This document shows positions 24,753 to 32,000 of a stretch of 32,000 nt of DNA, in pieces; position 1 is the stretch's first letter, and every line of letters starts with the position of its first letter. The DNA is from Opitutales bacterium (GTDB taxonomy: Bacteria > Verrucomicrobiota > Verrucomicrobiia > Opitutales > PNEW01). Location of the stretch: the NCBI GenBank assembly GCA_965219535.1, contig CBDCNV010000001.1, positions 510,001-542,000 on the forward strand, in the 5' to 3' direction. The notes under the pieces are model-generated. The model made no database searches. It was given only the letters and a program-made list of their open reading frames with translations, and had not been told where the DNA came from. Position numbers and translations under genes: made by a program.

Positions 24753-24779
24753 AGAAATATAGTATATTACCTTCTCTAC

Positions 24780-26120
24780 CTATCGTTGCATATCCTTTAA
24801 ATCAATTTGCTCACCATTAAAACGGGGTAGGGCGCCGTTGATTGAGCGCATCTTGAATGGGATGAATTGATTAACAAGAAGTCGAGGGACATTCCCCTGA
24901 ATAAATACGCCTTCATCTATCGCCTTTTCATTTTTTACCCCACCCACTTCATGGAGCCTTGATACGAGGTCATACCTGTGATGGGGAATAAGAAGCTCCA
25001 TGTATGATATACTGTCTTCGAGAAATACATCCATTTGATCCATGAGCGCATCGATTCCTTCTCCAGTCTGCGTACTGACATAATAAGAGCCGTTGCTAGT
25101 ATTAAATTTTATATCATCCCGTTGTTCACTGTCTAATAAATCGATTTTATTATAGACGGTGATAATTCGTTTTTCATCTGCGCCCAATTCTTTGAGAACA
25201 TTCAAGGTTGTTTTTCGATATTGATCAATTTGTGGGCTCGTGATGTCGATCACATGAATAAGGAAATCCGATACGACCGCTTCTTCGAGAGTGGCTTTAA
25301 ACGCGTTGATAAGATGGTGGGGCAGTCGTCGGACGAAACCGACAGTATCTGTTAAGAGTATCTTCTGTCCCGAGGGAAGGGAGAGGTGTCGGGTTGTCGG
25401 ATCGAGGGTAGCGAAGAGCTTGTCTTCAATCAGCACCGTAGCGCCAGTCAAGCGATTTAAAAGTGAAGACTTGCCCGCATTAGTATAGCCCACAATGGCC
25501 GCGGTTGGGACCGGCACTTTCTGTCTCCGCTTACGCTGCACTGCGCGGTGTTTTACTACTCCGGCGATCTCTTTTTTCAATTTCGTAATAAGGGTGCGTA
25601 CCATGCGTTGGTCGAGTTCCAATTGAGCTTCTCCTTCACCACGTTGTGTGACACCGCCCCCTCGCTGCCTGCTCAGATGTGTCCATGCTCGTTTTAACCG
25701 AGGAAGAGAATATTGCATCCGCGCAAGGTCTACCTGGAGAACGGCTTCCTTTGATTGAGCGCGATCGGCAAAAATATCGAGAATCACTTCCTGTCGATCG
25801 ATAACACAACTTTTGCTTTCATGTTCCCAATTGCGCTGCTGTCCCGGTGACAGGTCTACGTCAAACACGATACAGTCGCATCTGTGTCTACGGGCAAGTT
25901 GGATAATTTCTTTGGCTTTACCTGGACCGAGGAGAAATTTTACCCGGGGGTTTTTTAGGCGAACGATTTCTCTACCGCAAACTTTAATCTCCAGGGTTTC
26001 TACGAGATCATTAAGTTCATCGAGCAATAAATCGATTTGGTCGTGTTCATCACCGGGATATTCAACACCGACAATAAATGCGCGCTCTACTAATTTAGGT
26101 TTTTCCTGAACCTCAAACAT
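24780..26120 (-). CDS. hflX: GTPase HflX
   Basis: HflX N-terminal domain (ERAFIVGV.., LDELNDLVETL, IFADRAQSKEAVLQVDLARMQYSLPRL). G-domain motifs are VGYTNAGKSSLLN, DTVGF and NKID. Confidence 0.95.
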   Translation of the reverse strand: MFEVQEKPKLVERAFIVGVEYPGDEHDQIDLLLDELNDLVETLEIKVCGREIVRLKNPRVKFLLGPGKAKEIIQLARRHRCDCIVFDVDLSPGQQRNWEHESKSCVIDRQEVILDIFADRAQSKEAVLQVDLARMQYSLPRLKRAWTHLSRQRGGGVTQRGEGEAQLELDQRMVRTLITKLKKEIAGVVKHRAVQRKRRQKVPVPTAAIVGYTNAGKSSLLNRLTGATVLIEDKLFATLDPTTRHLSLPSGQKILLTDTVGFVRRLPHHLINAFKATLEEAVVSDFLIHVIDITSPQIDQYRKTTLNVLKELGADEKRIITVYNKIDLLDSEQRDDIKFNTSNGSYYVSTQTGEGIDALMDQMDVFLEDSISYMELLIPHHRYDLVSRLHEVGGVKNEKAIDEGVFIQGNVPRLLVNQFIPFKMRSINGALPRFNGEQIDLKDMQR

Positions 26121-26386
26121 ATGAATACACTTTGCTTAATAAGTTGCGCTCACCATTTAAGCGAACGGACTCCAGCAAAAGTGGGGGCGATCATTATTCA
26201 TTCTATTTATAAGATGATATATAGATATTTCTTTTAGTCAATCTGTGTAAGAAAGAAATTGGTTTCTACCGTTACAGCAGGGACTATTATTGTAGCAAAA
26301 AAATACAGGTGATATTAAACCAATGTCTTATTGATCTTTTTTACCCTCACAGTCCGCTCGTTTAATGCTGATCCATTGTTTCTCAG

Positions 26387-29143
26387 CTAACCACCGAGCT
26401 TGGCTTGAGCTGCCGCCAGCCGGGCCACAGGTACCCTGGGGGGTGAACAGCTGACATAATCGAGCCCGACTTTGTGGAAAAATTTAACCGATTCCGGGTC
26501 TCCTCCATGTTCACCGCAGATCCCCAGTTTTATTCCTTTGCGGGCCTTTCGGCCATTCACGGATGCGATTTCAACAAGTTGGCCGACACCGTCCTGGTCT
26601 ATCGTGGCAAAGGGATTCTGTGAAAGAATTTCCAAATCCTTATATTCAGGAAGAAAACTTCCGGAATCATCGCGACTCATACCCAACGTGGTCTGTGTCA
26701 GATCATTTGTTCCATAACTGAAAAATTCAGCAGTTTCAGCTATCTCGTGGGCCATCAGTGCGGCACGTGGTATTTCAATCATTGTTCCGACCAGGTAATG
26801 GAATTTTACTTTTTTCTGTTTCATCACTTCAACGGCAATGCGATGAATGATGTCTACCTGGTTTTTTAACTCTCCGGAAAATCCTATGAGGGGAACCATA
26901 ATTTCAGGTTCTACCGCTACTGGCTTTTTCCCTTTTACTACTTGCGCGGCCGCTTCAAAAATTGCTCTCGCCTGCATTTCGGTAATCTCCGGATAGGACA
27001 CGCCTAAACGACAACCACGGTGACCGAGCATGGGGTTCTGTTCATGCAGGCTTTTTACGCGATCGGCGATCACTTCAGGGGAGACATTGAGTTCTTCCGC
27101 CAGTGCATTGCGCGATGCGGCGTCCATCGGAAGAAATTCGTGCAGTGGGGGGTCGAGTAATCGGATCGTCACCGGGCGGCCCTCCATCGCTTTAAATAAT
27201 CCGATGAAGTCGTTTCGCTGGAAGGGGAGCAGCTTTTTCAATGCGGCACGGCGCTCTGTTTCATCACTGGCTAGAATCATCTTGCGCATATAAGTAATGC
27301 GGTCTCCTTCAAAAAACATATGTTCGGTGCGGCATAACCCGATGCCCTGAGCACCGAGAGCGACTGCCATTTTCGCTTGGGCGGGCGTATCGGCGTTGGT
27401 ACGAACCTTCAATTTTCGATATTTGTCAGCCCATGCCATAACCTGGGCAAATAATTTATAGGTGTAACTGTTTTTCGGTTTAAGTTTGCCGGCAAGCACC
27501 TGGTTAACTTCCGATGGAGCGGTGTCTACATGTCCCGAAAATACTTCCCCTGTAGTGCCATCTACAGATATGGCATCACCGTCATTGAGTACCGTCTTCC
27601 CTGCTGTAAGCGTTCGCTTTTCATAGTCGATAACTATTTCATGGGCGCCGCATACGCACACTTTTCCCATTTGGCGGGCGACAAGAGCGGCGTGAGAACT
27701 GACCCCACCGCGCGAAGTTAGAATGCCTTCAGATGCAATCATCCCTCGAAGATCTTCAGGCGTCGTCTCCACACGGCAGAGTACGACTTTAACGCCCTGC
27801 CGCTCCAACCTTTCGGCGGCGCTGGCCGTAAATACAACTCTTCCCGATGCCGCACCGGGTCCCGCTGGCAAGCCGGTCGCGATGAGCTTGGCGCTTTTAC
27901 GACTATGAATGTCGAAGACCGGAACAAGCAAACTGGAGATGGAATCGGCGGGGATTTTATTGATCGCCGTAGTCGTCTTCATGAGCCCTTCCTTAACCAT
28001 TTCCACCGCAATGCGGACCGCGGCGAGTCCCGTCCGCTTGCCGTTACGCGTCTGTAACATGTAGAGTTTTCCTTCCTCCACCGTAAATTCAAAGTCCTGC
28101 ATATCCTTGAAATGCTTTTCCAGTGTCACACGCACTTTTTCAAGTTCGGCGTGTGCTTTTGGCATTTCCTTTTTTAATTGTGCGATCGGTTTAGGGGTGC
28201 GTATTCCCGCGACAACATCTTCACCTTGCGCATTGATGAGATATTCCCCATAAAAAACTTTCTCTCCATTAGCCGGGTCGCGCGTGAATGCAACACCCGT
28301 TGATGAGGTATCACCCATGTTGCCGAAGACCATGGACTGTACATTGACCGCGGTGCCCCATTCGACAGGAATGTTGTATTTCTGCCGGTAAACCATCGCG
28401 CGGTCATTTTGCCAGGAACCAAATACCGCGCCCACCGCGCCCCAGAGTTGGGCGTAAACATCCTGCGGGAAACTTTTACCAGTCCGGTTCTTGATAAGTT
28501 TTTGAAAGCTTTTAATCAGTTCTATAAGATCGTCGGCGCTTAAATCGAAATCGTTTTCGATCGATTTTTTATGCTTAAGCTTTTCCATGATCTCTTCGAA
28601 TGGGTCCCCTTCGCTCTCGTTGCGGGATTGTACCCCCATCACGACATCGCCATACATCTGGATAAAGCGACGGTAGCAATCGTAGGCGAATCGCGGATTA
28701 CCGGTCAGCTTTACGAGGCCGACGACGGTCTTATCATTAAGACCGAGATTAAGAATGGTATCCATCATACCGGGCATCGATTCGCGGGCGCCTGAACGAA
28801 CGGAGAACAATAGAGGATTTTTCGGATCACCGAATTTCTTACCCATCTGTTTTTCAACCAGGGCGACAGATTTTTCCGTGTCCGAGACTAAGGACTTCGG
28901 GTAGTTTCTTTTGTTCTCATAAAAATAGGTACAGACTTCCGTCGTGATCGTGAAACCCGGAGGCACGGGCAGGCCGATGCGTGCCATCTCCGCGAGGTTT
29001 GCGCCTTTACCGCCAAGCAGGTTTCTCAACGCGGCTTTGCCATCCGTTTTTTTGCCAAAATCGTAAATATACTTCACTTGTTTTTTTCGTGAAGCGGCCG
29101 TTTTGGATTTAGTTGTTACTTTCCGCTTTGTTTTTGTAGGCAT
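26387..29143 (-). CDS. ppdK: Pyruvate, phosphate dikinase
   Basis: [10 protein letters not shown], phospho-His domain [21 protein letters not shown], and a PEP-utilising TIM-barrel with [11 protein letters not shown] and [10 protein letters not shown]. The first 22 aa form a Lys-rich extension. An internal GTG at 29077 would give the canonical (M)KYIYDFG N-terminus. Confidence 0.97.
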   Translation of the reverse strand: MPTKTKRKVTTKSKTAASRKKQVKYIYDFGKKTDGKAALRNLLGGKGANLAEMARIGLPVPPGFTITTEVCTYFYENKRNYPKSLVSDTEKSVALVEKQMGKKFGDPKNPLLFSVRSGARESMPGMMDTILNLGLNDKTVVGLVKLTGNPRFAYDCYRRFIQMYGDVVMGVQSRNESEGDPFEEIMEKLKHKKSIENDFDLSADDLIELIKSFQKLIKNRTGKSFPQDVYAQLWGAVGAVFGSWQNDRAMVYRQKYNIPVEWGTAVNVQSMVFGNMGDTSSTGVAFTRDPANGEKVFYGEYLINAQGEDVVAGIRTPKPIAQLKKEMPKAHAELEKVRVTLEKHFKDMQDFEFTVEEGKLYMLQTRNGKRTGLAAVRIAVEMVKEGLMKTTTAINKIPADSISSLLVPVFDIHSRKSAKLIATGLPAGPGAASGRVVFTASAAERLERQGVKVVLCRVETTPEDLRGMIASEGILTSRGGVSSHAALVARQMGKVCVCGAHEIVIDYEKRTLTAGKTVLNDGDAISVDGTTGEVFSGHVDTAPSEVNQVLAGKLKPKNSYTYKLFAQVMAWADKYRKLKVRTNADTPAQAKMAVALGAQGIGLCRTEHMFFEGDRITYMRKMILASDETERRAALKKLLPFQRNDFIGLFKAMEGRPVTIRLLDPPLHEFLPMDAASRNALAEELNVSPEVIADRVKSLHEQNPMLGHRGCRLGVSYPEITEMQARAIFEAAAQVVKGKKPVAVEPEIMVPLIGFSGELKNQVDIIHRIAVEVMKQKKVKFHYLVGTMIEIPRAALMAHEIAETAEFFSYGTNDLTQTTLGMSRDDSGSFLPEYKDLEILSQNPFATIDQDGVGQLVEIASVNGRKARKGIKLGICGEHGGDPESVKFFHKVGLDYVSCSPPRVPVARLAAAQAKLGG

Positions 29144-29382
29144 CCTCTTGCGATAAATTAATTTTTATTTCCGAAATATATAGTAAATAACCAGTGGGTG
29201 GTACTAACCAATGTGAAGTATGGTAAAAAGATTATTTCCCCTTAAGTGTCAATGGAACAAACTTGGAGGGATTTTATAAAATTCAGTGAATTAAACCTGC
29301 CTGAGCTTAATCTGAGCGAATAACCTTTTCTTGATACCGCAACCAATTATATTCGGCCTTTTAAATACGATTAAATCAATAC

Positions 29383-30225
29383 ATGCAGGACGAGAAATCA
29401 CGCGCGCCAGCTGAAGAAGGCGATAGTCCCATAAAAGGGAATGAGGACATATCGAACTCTGATAAGAGCGATATGAGCTTTTTAGACCATCTCGAAGATT
29501 TACGGGGCACACTTATTCGGTGTATTGTCGCCCTGTTCATTGCTTGTTTTTTCGTGATGGGATTTCTCAAGTACTTCGCGAGTCTGCTTAACTGGCCACT
29601 ACAAATCGCCCTCGGTGCAAATGCGGAAGAAGGATTAATTACAACTTCACCGATGGCGGTGTTTTCCGTAATTCTGCAAATTTCCTTTCTCGGAGGGTTT
29701 GCCCTGTCACTGCCATTTATACTTTATTTCGTTGCGCGTTTTGTCGCGCCCGGGTTAACAGAAAAGGAATTGCGCGCTCTCAAGCCGGGATGTTTTCTCG
29801 CCCTTGTATTATTTATCATCGGTGCATTATTCAGTTACTTTGCACTCGTCCCCGCTTCACTTAAGGCATCGATTTTTTTTAATCACTTGTTCGGGTTCGA
29901 AGTTTTGTGGACCGCTGACCGGTATTACGGGTTATTGATGTGGATGGTCATGGGGATCGGGCTCAGCTTTGAATTTCCTCTCATTATCGTGTTGCTTGTT
30001 TATATCGGGATCATTGATTCCACTCAGCTTCAATCTTTCCGTCCCTATAGTATCGTTGTTTTCCTTGTCCTCGCTGCTGTTATTACACCGACGACCGATC
30101 CTTTTACCTTCCTCCTTCTGGCCGTTCCCATGGGGTGCTTATATGAAATGTCGTTGTTCATTTCAAAAAAGGTCGAAAGTAAAAAATCCGTTGGGATGGA
30201 GGACGCTGAAACGAGCACCGCTTAG
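29383..30225 (+). CDS. tatC: Twin-arginine translocase subunit TatC
   Basis: MSFLDHLEDLRGTLIRCIVA.., six hydrophobic segments, and ITPTTDPFT near the C-terminus. The true start could be the ATG at 29473 (MSFLDHLEDLR), 30 codons downstream. Confidence 0.9.
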   Translation: MQDEKSRAPAEEGDSPIKGNEDISNSDKSDMSFLDHLEDLRGTLIRCIVALFIACFFVMGFLKYFASLLNWPLQIALGANAEEGLITTSPMAVFSVILQISFLGGFALSLPFILYFVARFVAPGLTEKELRALKPGCFLALVLFIIGALFSYFALVPASLKASIFFNHLFGFEVLWTADRYYGLLMWMVMGIGLSFEFPLIIVLLVYIGIIDSTQLQSFRPYSIVVFLVLAAVITPTTDPFTFLLLAVPMGCLYEMSLFISKKVESKKSVGMEDAETSTA

Positions 30226-30305
30226 ACCGGCAGGAGAGGGGAAAATCATTCATTCCATGGCTGCCTTAAGTAAGCCGATAGGTTTTATTCCGATTATTAA
30301 ATTTT

Positions 30306-31652
30306 ATGATCCCTCGCCGATGGCTGCAGCCCGATATTCCGATAAAACCTTCTCGTTGTTTTATCTATTACGGATGGCTGGTTCTCGTGGTCGGAACTTT
30401 TGGTTCTTTGATGTCTATCCCTGGTCACCCCATGGGGTTCAGCGCTTTTATCGATCCGCTCATTGAATCATTGGGCGTGTCACGCGTTCAAATCAGTAGT
30501 GCTTATTTTTTAGGAACAATACCGGTTGCCCTCGCTCTTCCCTGGATGGGCTATTTGTTGGATAAATATGGGGCTCGCCTGATCGGTATCCTATCGTCCC
30601 TTATCATTGGGATTCATCTTATTTATCTTTCCGCAAGTGAATGGTTGACGATTTATTTCAATCGCCTCTTTGGCACATCTTCCCCGATTATTGCTTTTTG
30701 TATTCTTATCATCGGTTTTATCGGTTTGAGGATTTTCAGTCACGGCGTGATGCAAACTGTTTCACGGGTGATGATTTCCAAGTGGTTTAATAAATCGCGT
30801 GGTTTAATTATTGGGATCAGCGGAGCTTTCGGTGCAGCTTTTTTTTCCTGTTCACCTGTGCTCTTTAATTTTGCTATCGAACAAATCGGATGGAAGGCCA
30901 CCTGGCTGGGGGTGGGGCTTTTCATTTGTTTCGGTTTTACATCCATTGTGTGGATCTTCTACCGGGACAATCCTGAAGAATGTGGATTACGAATAGATAA
31001 CCAGCCTGTGGTGGCCGACCCCTCTGAGACGACAATCGAGCCCACGTTGATTACCCGCCATGAGTTTACATTGAAGGAGACGATAAAGACGGCAGCTTTT
31101 TGGGTTCACGCCCTCACTTTTATGATGACTTCATTTATCTTTTCCGGGATTACCTTTAATATTATTCCTCTTGGCGATGACATGGGATTGGAAAGAAATC
31201 AGGCACTCGGGCTTTTTATCCCTATTGCTGTCTGTAATGTGATAGGCGGGTTTTTCCTGAGCTGGCTTAGTGATCGGGTAAAATTGAAGTACCTGCAAAT
31301 TGCTTTCACCATGATGCAAATCCTTTCGATGACAGGTTTACTCTTAATGCCTTCATGGTTTGGTATTGCCCTGTTTATATTTTGTCAGGGTATTGCAGGG
31401 GGATTTTTTTTAGCGCTCTTTGGCGTTTTGTGGCCGCGCTATTTCGGTTTGCGGCATTTGGGCGCGATAAGCAGCCTAGCATATTCTATGACCATCGTTT
31501 TAGCCGCGATGGGAACAATTGTTTTCAGCTTCTCTCGTAATTACACGGGAAGCTATGCAGCCGCAGCTGTTTTTTGTATGAGTATTTCTCTAACTCTCTT
31601 TTTCTTCTCTTTAAAAATAGAGAATCCTCAGGATAAATATGCCTCTACCTGA
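30306..31652 (+). CDS. MFS transporter (oxalate/formate-antiporter-like subfamily suspected)
   Basis: About 12 hydrophobic segments in 6+6 layout with a central hydrophilic loop (RDNPEECGLRIDNQP..). N-terminus YYGWLVLVVGTFG, and an MFS-type loop motif LLDKYGARL. Confidence 0.8.
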   Translation: MIPRRWLQPDIPIKPSRCFIYYGWLVLVVGTFGSLMSIPGHPMGFSAFIDPLIESLGVSRVQISSAYFLGTIPVALALPWMGYLLDKYGARLIGILSSLIIGIHLIYLSASEWLTIYFNRLFGTSSPIIAFCILIIGFIGLRIFSHGVMQTVSRVMISKWFNKSRGLIIGISGAFGAAFFSCSPVLFNFAIEQIGWKATWLGVGLFICFGFTSIVWIFYRDNPEECGLRIDNQPVVADPSETTIEPTLITRHEFTLKETIKTAAFWVHALTFMMTSFIFSGITFNIIPLGDDMGLERNQALGLFIPIAVCNVIGGFFLSWLSDRVKLKYLQIAFTMMQILSMTGLLLMPSWFGIALFIFCQGIAGGFFLALFGVLWPRYFGLRHLGAISSLAYSMTIVLAAMGTIVFSFSRNYTGSYAAAAVFCMSISLTLFFFSLKIENPQDKYAST

Positions 31653-31676
31653 CGGCTGGAATCCTGAAATTAATCC

Positions 31677-32000
31677 CTACGATCCTATCCAGTCACTGAA
31701 ATACTTCAGCCCGACATTTCTCAGGTGAATGATATCTTCCTCACTCATGGCATGATGGGGCGGTCGGATATACCGTTTACATTTTAAAAATCCAGCGGCT
31801 TCTCCCTTACCCTTGTCCCAACCAGCATCGGTGTAGCCCCGGTTTTCCAACGGTTTTTGCCCTTCCAGATCAAAGGCTATATATTTTTCCTGCAGGGCAA
31901 TCGCCTCTTCCCATTTTCTCTCCTGGCATAGTGCATACAACTTGAGAGAGGCCCGAGGCCAGTAATTGATAAAATCGCTGTAAATACCCTTGCTCCCCCA
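31677..32000 (-). CDS. 3' portion of a CDS continuing beyond the window; possibly a DapA/class I aldolase-family C-terminus
   Basis: The frame is open from the window edge (WGSKGIYSDFINYWPRASLKLYALCQERKWEEAIALQEKY..) to the stop at 31677. The listed M is a TTG inside the frame. The pattern (helix with ..W.EA..LQ.., then G....K.A.G.......RPP...MSEED...L) is reminiscent of dihydrodipicolinate-synthase-family tails. The assignment is tentative. Confidence 0.4.
   Translation of the reverse strand, partial: WGSKGIYSDFINYWPRASLKLYALCQERKWEEAIALQEKYIAFDLEGQKPLENRGYTDAGWDKGKGEAAGFLKCKRYIRPPHHAMSEEDIIHLRNVGLKYFSDWIGS

Noticed and set aside
29077-29143. Lys-rich 22-aa N-terminal extension of PPDK ([21 protein letters not shown]) as a novel targeting or nucleic-acid-binding tail.
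   Set aside because: It is equally well explained by a mis-called start. The GTG at 29077 yields the canonical (M)KYIYDFG PPDK N-terminus. This cannot be decided without N-terminal proteomics or orthologue alignment.
29969-30466. 165-aa plus-strand ORF bridging tatC and the MFS gene.
   Set aside because: It is an out-of-frame overlap with both confident genes, and its translation is Ser/Leu/Pro-rich junk.
1-32000. Search by eye for CRISPR arrays, tRNA or rRNA genes, integrases, transposases, toxin-antitoxin pairs, or defence-type ATPase/nuclease operons.
   Set aside because: None were found. All ORFs of 100 aa or more outside shadows are accounted for by the features listed. The only regularly structured repeats are those at 24.1-24.75 kb, and they are inverted repeats rather than a repeat-spacer array.

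Overview
This is a gene-dense bacterial chromosomal window of about 45% GC. The gene content and the GC-rich REP-like hairpins suggest a PVC-group or similar marine lineage, but that placement is low confidence.

Most of the window is housekeeping:
- a 5'-truncated exosortase-EpsI fusion
- a SYLF-domain protein
- a PhyH-type dioxygenase
- proS, eda and pyrG
- a TrmH-family methyltransferase
- a PfkB-family kinase followed by proA
- queC-queE-queF
- hflX, ppdK and tatC
- an MFS transporter
- a 3'-edge partial CDS

The one clear accessory block is a Cu/Ag-type cusC-cusB-cusA RND efflux operon (14.8-21.5 kb). It is preceded by a small Cys/His-rich membrane protein. Its CusA is about 200 aa longer than canonical CusA, and its CusB carries two Cys-ribbon metal-binding motifs.

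I recognise no tRNA or rRNA genes, CRISPR array, transposase, integrase or defence-type protein genes. I cannot point to a novel protein-coding system here.

The most unusual signal is non-coding. The 688-bp gap between the convergent queF and hflX genes (24092-24779) is almost entirely filled by a nested, symmetric inverted-repeat architecture. Two inverted ~195-bp MITE-like modules flank a core of five GC-rich hairpins.

Secondary observations:
- a LolA-like gene broken by one frameshift and one in-frame TAG
- an Arg-rich secreted repeat protein whose 3' end is open in two frames around a (GC)4 tract
- several small operator-like palindromes

All calls come from reading the translations and hand alignment. 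No searches were run.
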